From: Squalus acanthias
Taxonomy: Eukaryota
DNA: 64,000 nucleotides
Assembly: GCA_030390025.1 (NCBI GenBank)
Contig: JASTWF010000359.1
Coordinates: 62,001-126,000, forward strand
Direction: 5' to 3'
Shown here: positions 36,601 through 49,340 of the stretch, piece by piece
Layout: every line of letters starts with the position of its first letter
How positions within the stretch are numbered: position 1 is the stretch's first letter
The notes under the pieces: model-generated
What the model was told of the DNA's origin: nothing
Database searches by the model: none
Seen by the model: the letters and a program-made list of their open reading frames with translations, nothing else
Translations under genes and position numbers: made by a program

Positions 36601-36693
36601 TTCCCAGGCCCTCGCCTAGCGAGCTTTCATCCACAAGCATTTTCTCATTCATTCATTCACTGGCCAAAGGGTGGACTAATACCTTGGTTCTAG
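33606..36693 (+). CDS. ZNF804A: ZNF804-family gene, large terminal coding exon (ZNF804A-like; paralogue identity uncertain)
   Basis: TTTCGTTGCAG| acceptor in phase with the upstream exon (TG|T = Cys), followed by ~1028 open codons. Family motifs are SGPMFKS, LSFSFSKK..KLESSAAVF and FPVLSRNGSHVLQWPIEMIQFTKKEPPLSYSCNPLHYDFKLSR, plus a basic KHKKKKKRRK tract and a His/Pro-rich tail. Confidence 0.92.
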
Positions 36694-36832
36694 CGTGTTG
36701 TATGAATCGTTTTTATTTGTTGTTAAAAAGTGCAGTATTCATTGTTACTTCACTGCAAACTAAAGAAAGGCGGTCATTTAGAAATCTTTGTAAGCTCACT
36801 CTGACTTGTAAACTGATTTTGGAAGTTTTCAA

Positions 36833-36838
36833 AATAAA
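36833..36838 (+). terminator. Candidate polyadenylation signal of the ZNF804-like gene
   Basis: First AATAAA, 140 bp after the stop codon, in AT-rich 3' UTR-like sequence. Confidence 0.45.
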
Positions 36839-37236
36839 TCTCGATGTTAATTGCTCATTATGCTGGCTGCCTGCTTATTTCACCAAACTCTCTGAAGGTC
36901 GCAGCAAAACCTGCAATGTGAAAGAGGGTGATTGAAGTTTACATTGGTGGTAGCTTTGATCTTCGTGAGGTTCATGCCAGTCTCTGTTCAAAATAATAAC
37001 ATTCAGGCAAATGAATGAAGGTGAAGTTTGTTAATCAGTGTACACAGGGTGGAGCTGGGGGCGGGGCAGAGAGACCAACTCCCCTCTTGCCAAGACTAAT
37101 GCACCCCATCCAGATTCCTAAACAGCAAGGGGCAGAAAACCCTCCAGTCAGTACATTTAGCCCAAGTGAAAATTGAGCGATAACATGGAGGAATTTGTGG
37201 AGTTTGTCTGCTTCCAGCACTTCTCCTAAAATTCTA

Positions 37237-38246
37237 ACATCGCTGCAGGAGTTCCTCAGGGCAGTGTCCTAGGCCCAACCATCTTCAGCTGCTTCATCAA
37301 TGACTGACCCTCCATCATAAAGTCAGAAATGGGGATGTTCACTGATGACTGCTCAATGTTCAGTTCCATTCGCAACTCCTCAGATAATGAAGCAGCCCAT
37401 GCTCGCATGCAACAAGACCTAGACGACATTCAGGCTTGGGCTGATAAGTGGCAGGTAACATTCACGCCACAGAAGTGCCAGGCAATGACTATCTCCAACA
37501 AGCGAGAGTCTAACCACCTCCCCTTGACATTCAACAGCATTACCATCGCCGAATCACCCACCATCAACATCCTGGGGGTCACCATTGACCAGAAACTTAA
37601 CTGGACCAGCTACATAAATACTGTGGCTACAAGAGCAGGTCAGAGGCTAGGTATTCTGCGGCGAGTGTCTCACCTCCTGTCTCCCCAAAGCCTTTCCACC
37701 ATCTACAAGGCACAAGTCAGGAGTGTGATGGAATACTCTCCATTTACCTGGATGAGTGCAGCTCCAACAACACTCAATAAGCTCGACACCACCCAGGATA
37801 AAGCAGCCCGCTTGATTGGCACCCCATCCACCACCTTAAACATCCACTCCCTCCACCACCGGCGTACCGTGGCTGCAGTGTGTACCATCTACAAGATGCA
37901 CTGCAGCAACTCGCCAAGGCTTCTTCGACAGCACCTCCCAAACCCGTGGCCTCTTCCACCTAGAAGGACAAGGGCAGCAGGCGCATGGGAACACCATCAC
38001 CTCCAAGTTCCCCTCCAAGTCACACACCATCCTGACTTGGAAATATATCAGCCGTTCCTTCATCATCACTGGGTCAAAATCCTGGATTCCCTCCCTAACA
38101 GCACTGTGGGAGTACCTTCACCACACGGACTGCAGCGGTTCATGAAGGTGGTTCACCACCACCTTCCCAAGGGCAATTAGGGATGGGCAATAAATGCCGG
38201 CCTTGCCAGCGACACCCACATCCTGTGAATTAATAATAACAAAAAA
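37237..38246 (+). mobile_element. 5'-truncated LINE, same family as 18865-20105
   Basis: GVPQGSVLGP and MFTDD motifs, and closely similar at nucleotide level to 19105-20105. Confidence 0.93.
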
Positions 38247-38635
38247 CAGGACGCGAAGGTTGGGAATGGTCTGGTTCAGCCTCAGACCATTGCCAGGGAG
38301 AGGGATGGAGTTGATGGCCAGGGAACGGATTTTGTGGTGGGGACCAAAGACAATGGCTTCGGTCTTCCCAGTAGCTCATCCAATACTGGATATCGGACAA
38401 GTGGGGTGAGAGTCAGAGACAGTAGATAGGCCGAGAGAGGGGGTGGTGAGGTATAGCTGGGTGTCATCAGTATACATGTGGAATCCGACATTGTATTTTT
38501 GGATGATGATGCTGAGGGGCAGCATGTAGATGAATAATAAGAGGGGCCAAGGATAGATCCTTGAGTGACTGCAGAGGTAACTGTGCAGGAGCGGGAAGGG
38601 AAGCCATTGCAGGTGATTCTCTGGCTACGACAAGT
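38247..38635 (-). mobile_element. L2 LINE fragment
   Basis: Reverse complement is similar to 45875-46260 (FHMYTDDTQLYLTT region). Confidence 0.85.
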
Positions 38636-39349
38636 ATAGGAGCAGGAGGAAGAGGAGGAGGAAGAGGAACGGCATCAACCACCAGTGCTCCGAGTTGCCA
38701 CAGCTCTTAGAGATGTAGCCACGTCCTTGGAACTGCAAATATTCTGTTGAATTTCAGTGTTACCGTGTTTTACGTAGCATTACAGTTATTTAGCATTCCT
38801 CACACAAAACCACACTACAAGGCAGAGAGTTGGACTTTGAGCAGCAAACAAAGGAATTTATGGGGAGTTATGATCATAAAGATTTGCTTTGCAGGCTTTT
38901 GAAGGCAGGGAGAGCGCTGAAGTGGTTTCAGGAGAGATTGTTCTGTATCGCCCACCCAAGTATCACGCCAAGTTTCTCACTGAGATGTCTTCTCTGCTTT
39001 CCTCCCTCAGCCTCTGCACCGAGTGACTTCTCATCCTTGGTGATTTCAACCTCCATCTCAACTCTTCTTACTCTCTCTCCTCTGAGTTCACTACCCTCCA
39101 TTCCTCACTAAATCTCTCCCTCCATATAAACTCTCCTACCCATATTCACGGCCACCCCCTCGACCTCGGCGTCTAGATTCTGGAGCGGTCCCAGTGGATT
39201 GGAAGGTCGCAAATGTAACACCGCTATTCAAAAAAGGAGGGAGAACGAAAACTAGGAACTACAGGCCAGTTAGCCTGACATCAGTCATTGAGAAAATGCT
39301 GGAATCCATTATTAAGAAAGTGGTAACAGGGCACTTGGAAAATTATAAT

Positions 39350-40866
39350 ATGATTTTTCAATCCTCTCTGGCTTCAGGTGTGGTGCCGGAGGACTGGAGG
39401 ACTGCTAATGTGGTACCCTTGTTTAAAAAGGGAGAAAAGGATAGACCGAGTAATTACAGGCCAGTCAGCCTAACCTCGGTGGTGGGAAAATTATTGGAAA
39501 GAATTCTGAAGGACAGGATAAATCTTCATTTTGAAAGACACGGATTAATCAAGGATAGTCAGCACGGATTTGTTAAGGGAAGGTCGTGTCTGACAAACTT
39601 GATTGAATTTTTTGAGGAGGTAACAAGGAGGGTAGATGAGGGTAGTGCGTTTGATGTAGTGTATATGGACTTTAGCAAGGCTTTTGATAAGGTTCCACAT
39701 GGCAGACTGGTCACAAAGTTAAAAGCCCATGGGATCCAGGGCAAAGTGTCAAGTTGGATTCAAAAATGGCTCGGAGACAGGAAGCAGAGGGTAATGGTTG
39801 ATGGGTGTTTTTGTGATTGGAAGGCTGTTTCCAGTGGGGTTCCGCAGGGCTCAGTACTAGGTCCCTTGCTTTTTGTGGTATATATCAATGATCTAGACTT
39901 GAATATAGGGGGTATGATTAAGAAGTTTGCAGATGATACTAAAATCGGCTGTGTGGTTGATACTGAAGAAGGAAGCTGCAGACTGCAGGAAGATATCAAT
40001 AAATTGGTCAGGTGGGCAGAACAGTGGCAAATGGAATTTAATCCAGAGAAGTGTGAGGTAATGTATTTGGGGAGGGCTAACAAGGAAAGGGAATACACAT
40101 TAAATGGTCGGACACTGAGTAGTGTAGAGGAACAAAGGGACCTTGGAGTGCATGTCCACAGATCCCTGAAGGTAGCAGGCCAGGTAGATAAGGTGGTTAA
40201 GAAGGCATACGGAATGCTTGCCTTTATTAGCCGTGGCATAGAAGACAAGAGCAGGGGGGGTTATGCTTCAACTGTATAAAACACTAGTTAGGCCTCAGCT
40301 AGAGTACTGCGTGCAGTTCTGGTCACCACATTACAGGAAGGATGTGATTGCACTGGAGAGGATACAGAGGAGATTTACAAGGATGTTGCTGGGAGTAGAG
40401 AATCTCAGCTATGAGGAAAGACTGGATAGGCTGGGTCTGTTTTCCTTGGAACAGAGGAGGCTGAGGGGAGACCTTATTGAGGTGTATAAAATTATGAGGG
40501 GCCTAGATAAAGTGGATAGAAAGGACCTATTACCCTTAGCAGAGGGGTCAAAAACCAGGGGGCACAGATTTAAAGTAATTGGTGGAAGGTTTAGAGGGGA
40601 TTTGAAGGGAAATTTCTTCACCCAGCGGGTTGTGGGGGTCTGGAACTCACTGCCTGAAAGGGTGGTAGAGGCAGAAACCCTAACCACATTTAAAAAGTAC
40701 TTGGATGTGCACTTGGGATGCTGTAACCTGCAGGGCTACGGACCAAGAGCTGGGAAGTGGGATTAGGCTGGATAGCTCTTTGTTGGCCGGTGCGGACACG
40801 ATGGGCCGAAATGGCCTCCTTCCGTGCTGTAACTTTCTATGATTCTATGATTCTATCTATGATTCT
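39350..40866 (+). mobile_element. Inner CR1 of a different subfamily
   Basis: RT with YMDFSKAFD and KFADDTK motifs, a distinct 3' UTR and a (TTCTATGA)n tail. Confidence 0.93.
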
Positions 40867-41128
40867 ATTAGGCAGAGTCAACATAATTTTATGAAAGGAA
40901 AATCATGTTAGTCAAATCTATCAGAGTTTTTTGAGGATGTAACTAGCAGGGTAGATAAAGGGGAACCACTGGATGTAGTACATCTGGATTTTCAAAAGGC
41001 ATTACCACTGCAGCAAGCCTTACACCAACATCTCACACCTTGCCACACTGCCAGCTATTCAACCATGGCAGGCACACACCCAAACACATTGCACCACACT
41101 CACGGACACACTTCCCTTTCTCTTGCAG

Positions 41129-42471
41129 GCAAAGTTGGCACACAACCGCCATGAGCAGCAACAGATGGATGGAGGGGAAGCCCATCTTCAGAACCTCACT
41201 GAGCTGGAGGAGACAATGCTGGAGATCAGTGGAGGGGCCGTCACTGAGGTCGTGGTGAGCGGCGAGGTTGAAAGCATTGCTGATGACGGTATGCTCATAC
41301 CTAATCCTTCTTCTCACATCCCACTTCCCCCTCATCCCATAATCTCTTCGCACTTACAAGCTGCTGACGGTGTACGCATGCGCATGCTTTCCCCCCCTCC
41401 CCTCACCACAACCTGACCCTTGTGCCTTTCTCCTTTCAAATACCCAAGAATTGCCAGCAGCCCAGCCTGTCCCCGACGTTGTGGAGGAGGAGAGTGAAGG
41501 AGAAGAGGCACCGACACTTGATCTGACACTTCCAGGCACCAGCTCAGAAAGTGACACTGCGCGTACTTTAGATGGTATTATCGAGGCGGGATCTGCACGT
41601 GACGAGTCACCGGGCACGAGTGGGCTGCAGCCAGGCCAGGGGGAAAGGGTAGCCCGGGTGCCAGCACCCCGAAGGGTGAGTTCACGCACGAGTTCTGCTG
41701 CACAGGACTCAGATGATGACTTTGATGGGATGGTCTTCAGAAGAAGGGTGAAGGTCATGCACACAGAACTGCTTGGTGCAATGGCAGGCCTGCCAAAGAG
41801 CCTCGTCAGTGTCAAGGAGCATGGAGGAGTCCGGCTCCAACATTGCACGGGGCTTTGTGCGGAGCTTGGAGCCCATGATTTCCAGCGTGGAAGTGATGGG
41901 CGACTCCATTAGAGCACTTGTGGACCCCACCATGATGCAGGGCATGATGGCCGATGTCCCAGCTTCCATTGCAACACAGCGGAAGCCACCCAACGTCTGA
42001 GTGCTGCAATGGAAGCTCAGACTTCTGCCATCGTGGCTGGATTTACCAGTGTTGGAAGGGGCTTGCAGGGTGTCACAGCAGTCCAGCAATCTGTCCTCCA
42101 ACAGATGGCTAGGAATGGTGAGGCGCCGCCCCGGGGGAGTGGCAGTGGCTCCGTGGAGCACGAACCTGCTGTCCTCTCAGGATGACAGTATTCGTCCTCC
42201 CATCCCTGCCACTCAGCCAGTGTCATTGCAGTTGCCAGTCAGCCAGCCAGCCAAGACTGCTGCCGCCCATGCCGAGGTGGTGCAGTCTACAGCCGGGCCT
42301 TCTAGGCCCAGAGCTGCTCGAGGTCATCCTGCAAGGCCATCTGGAGTCTCCCCCATGGAAAGTCAGCAGCCTTCCACCAGCCATGCTGCAGCCACTGGGG
42401 TAGCACCACGTAGGAGCGCTGGCGTAGGCAAAGGAACACGAAAGACTAAGGGAATGCACAAGGGAGATTAG
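41129..42471 (+). pseudogene. Harbinger Myb/SANT-like (NAIF1-like) gene, 3' exons
   Basis: Exon 41129-41288 (TTGCAG| ... G|GTATGC) encodes AKLAHNRHEQQQMDGGEAHLQNLTELEETMLEISG, followed by a frameshifted low-complexity terminal exon. Confidence 0.7.
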
Positions 42472-42633
42472 TTGACGTTGTGTAGTTTTGCATTGATTAA
42501 TTTATAAATTATGTTTGGAATGTTTGTTTTGTGGTGGCTTTCACTTCAGCTGTGTGCCCAAGAGGACGCTGTGATGTTCCATGACAGAGGGATGGTAAGG
42601 TGGGGAACTGGTGAGCTACAGGGATGGGGTTTC

Positions 42634-43510
42634 ATTGAGGGGAAATGGATTCTGATGAGGTGCTCATGGAAAGCCCGTCCGGAATGGGGATCTGCTGCCT
42701 GCCTCCTCCCTTCCTCCTCTTCCTCCTCCTCCTCTACCTCCTCTTCCTCCTTCTCCTCCTTCTTCTCCTGAGGTGATTGTGGAACCCTGGTGGCAAGGGC
42801 TGCACCCTCAAGATGGCCAAGTTGTGGAGGATGCAGCAGACCACCACGAAATCCGACGTGTACTGGAGGGCTCCTCCCGAGCGGTCAAGGCAGCGGAACC
42901 ATTGCTTCAGATCCCCAATGGTCTGCTCAATGAGGTTCCTCGTAGCATGGCTCTCATTATATGAGTGCTGGCCCCGAGTGGTGGGGTGGCGGAGGGAGTC
43001 ATCAGCCAGGTGCAGAGCAGATAGCCCTTGTCTCCGAGCAGCCACCCTCGGGTTTGACGTGGTAGCTTTGATATGTGGAGCCTGCAAAGCCACGTGTGTT
43101 CAGTCAATGGCGGCCTGCACCATGAGGAAGCCCAATATCCTGGCAAAGCAATATGCGCGCTCCTCCTGCTTCTCTCTATTCAGAGAGAAGACAATGAAGT
43201 CCCCCTCCTAGAGTACAGAGCCTCTGTGAGCTCCCCGATGGACGGCAAACTGGAAGATGTTAGATATGTCTCCTGCTCCAGACTGGAAGGATCTGGTGCT
43301 GAAAAAATTGAGGACCACGGTGACCTTGAGGGTCACTGGCAGTGCCGTGGTCGCTGTGCTGTGAGGCTGCAGCACTGGTTCCAGGAGGTGCCAGAGTTCT
43401 GTGACCACCTCCTTGGTGAAGCGGAGCCTTCTAATACACTGCTCCTGGCTTAAGTGCAGGTAGGAGACGTGCTCTCGGAAGACCCATGTGTTCTCCACTT
43501 GCAGCACCAC
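42634..43510 (-). pseudogene. Harbinger (HARBI1-like) DDE transposase, frameshifted and internally deleted
   Basis: EQCIRRLRFTKEVV, LKVTVVLNFFSTRSFQ, HVALQAP, GWLLGDKGY, YNESHATRNLIEQTIGDLKQWFRCLDRSGGALQY and CCILHNLA motifs. Confidence 0.92.
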
Positions 43511-46500
43511 TCCCTGTCACCTCACTAACTTTAAATAACTGTAGAAAGCTCCAAGCAGTTGCACAAACCAGTAGAAATCAAAAAGCACGTCACCTGCAAG
43601 TTGTTGCTGATTCCTTTAAATGCAGCTGGTGGGGGTCCTTCCTGCTGCTGAACGCAAGTTCAGCTGTTCGTGATTTGGAGAGGAATGGAGGGGTGACGTC
43701 GGAAATGGCAGATTGTGTGTCAAATCAGCATTGCACACTGATTGACATCACGATCTGCTTCATTATCATTTCTCGAATGAGCGCAGACAGCGGCCGCGCT
43801 ACCGACCTGCTCAAAATGGTGGCCACCGTGGAACCCACCGGAAGTGGGCGGAAGCGAGGCAGCCGCCATTTTTTCTCCGAAACCGGCCTCATCAGGTGCC
43901 GAATTTCACGGCCAGAAAGTTAACATGCAGGTACAGCAAGCAATAAGGAAGGCAAATGGCATGTTGGCCTTTATTGCAAGGGGGTTGGAGTACAAGAGTA
44001 ATGAAGTCTTGCTACAATTGTACAGGGCCTTGGTGAGACCACACCTGGAGTACTGTGCACAGTTTTGGTCTCCTTATCTAAGGAAGGATATACTTGCCTT
44101 GGAGGCGGTGCAATGAAGGTTCACTAGATTGATCCCTGGGATGAGAGGGTTGTCTATGAGGAGAGAATGAGTAGATTAGGCCTATACTCACTGGAGTTTA
44201 GAAGAATGAGAGGTAATTTCATTGAAACATACAAGATTCTGAAGGGGATTGACAGGGTAGATGCTGAGAGGCTGTTTCCCCCTGGCTGGAGTGTCTAGAA
44301 CTAGGGGGCATAGTCTCAGGATAAGAGGTAGGCCATTTAGGACTGAGATGAGGAGGAATTTCTTCACTCAGAGGTTGGTGAATCTTTAGAATTCTCTGCC
44401 CCAGAGGGCTGTGGAGGCTCAGTCTTTGAGTATGTTCAAGGCTGAGATAGATAGATTGTTGGACTCTAGGGGAATCGAGGGATATGTAGATCGTGCGGGA
44501 AAGTGGAGTTGAGGTCGATGATCAGCCATGATCTTATTGAATGGCGGAGCAGGCTCGAGGGGCCAAATGGCCGACTCCTGCTTCTAGTTCTTATGTTCTT
44601 ATCTCACGTGGCCTCGCGACTCCCATTGTGACTATCACAGATAAGGCCATCTCTGATAATTTCCTTGTATCGCTCTTCACCCACATCCCCCTTCCCCCTC
44701 CCAACCCCACTTCCATCTGTGTCTGCCCCTGGAAAAAACTCTCCCTCAAGTCACTTACCAATTGCCAACTATCTAACCTTTGGCCTTCCATTCATCATGA
44801 CATTCCTGCAGCTACCGATCTGACAAATCACAACCTCTCCACCACCTTTGATGCCCTTGTCCCCATTAAAACCATTACTCTCTCTCACCCTAGTCGTTCC
44901 CCATGTTATACCCCTCATTTTCGCTCCCCTATGTCCAAGGTACGCCGATTTGAATGTCTATGGCGGACAACTGGTTTAGCCATTCACCGTCATATCTGGC
45001 TGGACCACAGAAAGCACTATTGGGTCCTGCTCTCATCTGTCAAAAGTGTTCACTATTCTAGGATCATCCTGGAATGTAAAGATAACCCCCGACTTCTCTT
45101 CTTCACTACAAACCATCTCCTTAAACCCCTCTCCCCTGCCTCCTCCACCCTCACCTCCGACAACAAGTGCGAGGAGCTCATGGATGTTTTTGTCACAAAG
45201 ATTGAGACCATTCGTTCAGCTACCTCTGTTGCTTCTCTCCCTTCCCCTAGCTCACCAGGCTAAGCTTCCTCTAGAGTTCCCCCTCCTGCCCCAGCTCTGA
45301 ACTCAAGTCTTCCTCTAGATTCTATCCCATCTCCTGCCATGCTCTCTCTGACCTCATCTTGTCCATGAGACCCACCTCCTGCTCCCTCGACCCTATTTCC
45401 ACTGAACTGCTGACCACTCAACTCCCCTTGCGGGCCCTCATGTTAGCTGATGTTGTTAACGGTTACCTCTCCTCAGGTACTGTCCCCCTCCCCCTCAAAT
45501 CTGCCGTCATCACCCCTCTCCTAAAAAAAACCACCCTTCACCCCCTCTATCATTGCAAACTACCGCCCCATCTCCAAACTCCCTTTCCACTCCAAAGTCC
45601 TTGAACGTGTTGTCGCCTCCCAAATCCGTAACCATCTTTCTCACAATTCCTTGTTTGAATCCCTAAAATAAGGCTTCCGCCCCTGCCACAGTACCGAAAC
45701 GGCCCTTATCAAAGTCACAAATGACATCCTTTGTGACTGTGATAAAGGTAAACTATCCCTACTCGTCCCTCTCGACCTGTCTGCAGCCTTTGACACGGTT
45801 GACCACTCCATCGCCTCTCCACCATCATCCAGCTGGGTGGGACTGCCCTCGCCTGGTTCCATTCTCATCTATCTAACCGTAGCCAGAGAATCTCCTGCAA
45901 TGACTTCTCTTCCCGCTCCCGCATCGTTACCTCTGGTGTCCCCCAAGGATCTATTCATGGCCCCCTCCTATTTCTCATCTACATGCTGCCCCTTGGCGAC
46001 CTCATCCGAAAACACAGCGTCACTTTCCACATGTACACTGACGTGACCCAGCTCTACCTCACCACCACTTCTCTCGACCCCTCGACCATCTCTGATTTGT
46101 CAGACTGCTTGTTCGACATCCAAAACCGGATGAGCAGAAATTTTCTCCAATTAAATATTGGGAAGACCGAAGCCATTGTTTTCGGTCCCCGCCACAAACT
46201 CCGTTCCCTAGCCACTGACTCCATCCCTCTCCCTAACATCTGTCTGAGGCTGAACCACACTGTTCACAACCTTGGTGTCATATTTGACCCTGAAATGAGC
46301 TTCCGACCACATATCCGCAGCATAACAAAGACCCCCTACTTCCACCTCCGGAACATCTCCCATCTCCGCCCCTGCCTCAGCTCATCCGCTGCTGAAACCC
46401 TCATCCATACCTTTGTTACCTCCAGACTCGACTATTCCAACGCACTCCTGGCTGGCCTCCCACATTCTACCCTACGTAAACTTGAGGTCATCCAAAACTC

Positions 46501-47874
46501 GGCTGCCCGTGTCCTAACTCGCACCAAGTCCCGTTCACCCATCACCCCTGTGCTCGCTAACCTACACTGGCTCCCATCCGACAACGCCTCAATTTTCAAA
46601 TCCCTCCATGGCCTCGCCCCTCCCTATCTCTGTAATCTCCTCCAGCCCCACAATCCTCTGAGATCTCTGCGTTCCTCCAATTCTGCCCTCTCTCGTAACC
46701 CTGATTTTAATCACTCCACCATTGGCGGCCGTGCCTTCAGCTGCCAAGGTCCTAAGCTCTGGAATTCCCTCCCTAAGCCTCTCCGCCTCTCTCTTCCTCT
46801 CCTCCTTTAAGCTGCTCCTTAAAACCTACCTCTTTCACCAAGCTTCTGGTCACCGTCCGAATATCTCCTGATGTGGCTCGGTGTCAAAAATGTCATTGGT
46901 AACGCTCCTGTGAATCACCTTGGGGCGTTTCACTACGCTAAAGGCGCTATATAAATACACATTGCTGTTGTTTATTGCTGAGTGTTGACAGCTGGGCTGT
47001 ACTTGGACACACTCCCTGCCACATAACAGTCGAATGTTGATTAATGCCTGATGTCTGAAAATCACCGTCGATATGTTCCACCATTCCGTTCAGCAGTACA
47101 TGGGTGCAGCTTTCAACACGAGTTCGCACTGTTATCTTCTCAGAGCTGCATGTTTGCGCTCAGGCTGATTCAGCGCCCTTGACATGTGTCACATAACTGG
47201 GGTCATTTTCTTCAGTGTGCAGTCAGTGTTGAGAATCAGTGAGCAGGCATGCTTTTACAAGGAGCTGACTCTACTCTCTAAGGGTCAGGCATTGCTGCTG
47301 AAAGCCAAGTCAAGACAAATCATCGGCACTCGATGTGCAGTGGGAACAGAAACCTGATGCGATGATTGACAGATTGTCGGGCATACAGTTCCTTTTAGAT
47401 CTGTGTCAGACAGACTTTTAGAAATGACAAAGTCCAAATATTCCTCTGAGGGCTGCAATGCTGTTGTCACCTGTCCAATAAACAGTACATTCACCCTCTC
47501 TCACTAATGGATTGCAGGTGGAGCCGAGCTCAGGAAATTTTTAACGTTTCATGAATCATACGGAATCTGAAATAGGTCAGGGCGTCACGTTCTGTTGTCA
47601 CATATCTGTTACCTCATCAGAGAGCTTAGTGACTTCATTTGAAATAGAACACACAAGAAATGCCCCAAGAGCAATTTTACTGGCGATGTGATTAACGCCC
47701 ACGAATTTGAATTTGAATTCAAAATAACATTTCAAAACGTATTGCAAACACCAGGCTTTTAGACAGATATAGCGAGGCGCAGTCATTGTGAAGGTTTGAT
47801 TCCCAAACAATTCTTCAGATCCCGTGACGGTTTATTTGCTTTGCACACCAGAGTGCGCTCTTAGGCAGAATCTT

Positions 47875-48360
47875 GGCCTGGATTTTCAGGGGCCTCTGAC
47901 CCGTACCGGGCCGTAAGTGCCCTGCAAGTTTCAGCTTGACAGATCGCAGGAATCCACAGGAAATGGTCATTCGCTGGCGCAGGGTTGGGCTATTACTGCC
48001 CAGTGAATGCCCGCGAAACCATTACACCTGGTAAAAGCAGGCGTAGGGCCTTCTTTTACCAGCGTAATGGATTAAATAAATATTAAGATCAATTTTTTTA
48101 ATGATTTAACCATACAAAAAACTTTAAAATTAGTTTAGGTTATTTTTGGCCCATTGAAAAATGTTTAAATTTATTTTTCTAAAAATGAAATTTTTGTTTT
48201 AAATGTTTAAATTGTATTTTAATTAATTTTGAACATGTGATGATTTATTTTTATTTAAGTGCTGTGAAATGCATTTTTTAGGGGATACCTTTAAACTTAT
48301 GGGGATTCCCTACATAAATGGAATCCCAATAAGCATAATGGGTTTAATACAGTCAGAGGA
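47875..48360. mobile_element. Probable truncated MITE with an AT-rich interior
   Basis: Starts GGCCTGGATTTTC, similar to the TIR at 9479. No matching right TIR was found. Confidence 0.4.
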
Positions 48361-48472
48361 ATTGAGCCAGAATTAGGGAAGGAAATAACTCAATGTGATT
48401 ATAAATAAACGCTGTTCAGACATTTTAGAAAAATCTATGTCAGACTTGTAGAATTTACTTGGCAATATCTGA

Positions 48473-49060
48473 GGGCTCGAAATTGGGCTCCTTAGCACAT
48501 TCCGGGGGCGCTAACGGGGCTGTAATCACTTACCGACCAGACGTGGCGACACCGACTCCCGCTATATTGGGCGGGAGGTTTGCGGCGGTGGTATGTTGTT
48601 GCGCCCTGATCTCCTTCGCCCGGAGATCGTGACGTCATTGCCGTGCGCATCGCCCCGGACCTGAACTTCGGTTCCACCCCCTGGGGCATCGCCGGGCGAA
48701 AACACCGGCAGCTGCAGGAGGCGTTGATCGGGAGGCCGGGCGCTTCGGGGGCGAGACTTAAAGGCCAGGTGGCCGAGGTAAGTGCAAAAAATTGTGAAAT
48801 GCTCTTTATCTTTTTTTAAATTTTCGTCGGCAGCGCTCGATCAGCCCGGCACGCTGCGGCAGTGCACTGGGCTGATCGGGCCGGATCGGGGCTGTTGTCG
48901 GGGACCAGGTAAGTTTTGCCCTTGCAGAGCGCCTGCAGCGATGGCCCTTCCCTTTGAGGAAGGGAATGAGCGTCCAATGCGGCAGTGCTGCACGGCCCAT
49001 TGTACAGCACTGCTCACCTACCGCGCTCCAGGAATGAAGTGGATACCCAATTTCTCACCC
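48473..49060. mobile_element. Harbinger-type MITE, CpG-rich
   Basis: TIR GGGCTCGAAATTGGG / CCCAATTTCTCACCC with 3-bp flanks TGA/TCA. Confidence 0.8.
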
Positions 49061-49340
49061 TCAGAGTCTGAGGGGAAATGGCCCAAACTCAATCTCCTTT
49101 CACCCTTCAGCGGCAATGGAAAATGAATGCACTAGTACATTAGGGATATACTTCTGAGTGATGGGCTCAACCAATTTGTTGGGACAGTGTAGAGGGAGCT
49201 TTACTCTGTATCTAACCCGTGCTGTACCTGCCCTGGGAGTGTTTGATGGGACAGTGTAGAGGGAGCTTTACTCTGTATCTAACCCGTGCTGTACCTGCCC
49301 TGGGAGTGTTTGATGGGACAGTGTAGAGGGAGCTTTACTC

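Larger units (their letters stand above)
41004..43913. mobile_element. PIF/Harbinger transposon with convergent Myb-like and transposase genes; left end deleted
   Basis: Right TIR GAATTTCACGGCC ends at 43913, exactly where the CR1 resumes. The element holds two convergent pseudogenes. Confidence 0.88.
39171..44600 (+). mobile_element. CR1 fragment in three pieces (39171-39355, ~40867-41003, 43914-44600)
   Basis: HLENYNMI|RQSQH rejoins across the inner CR1. The RT breaks at DFQKA and resumes at KVNMQVQQ after the Harbinger, with the middle of the RT missing. Confidence 0.85.
38946..46972 (+). mobile_element. Long L2 LINE (38946-39170 and 44601-46972) interrupted by a CR1/Harbinger stack
   Basis: The endonuclease segment THIHGHPLDLG|ISRGL rejoins across 39170/44601. 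RT motifs [21 protein letters not shown] and FVTSRLDYSNALL are present, with an L2 3' end GGCGCTATATAAAT and a TTG-rich tail. Confidence 0.92.

Noticed and set aside
42634..43510. Domesticated HARBI1 host gene
   Set aside because: Frameshifts, an internal deletion, a TIR and insertion within a CR1 mark it as a dead transposon copy.
49181..49247. Hammerhead ribozyme in the satellite monomer (as in newt satellite 2)
   Set aside because: Neither strand of the consensus unit has a CUGANGA...GAAA core.
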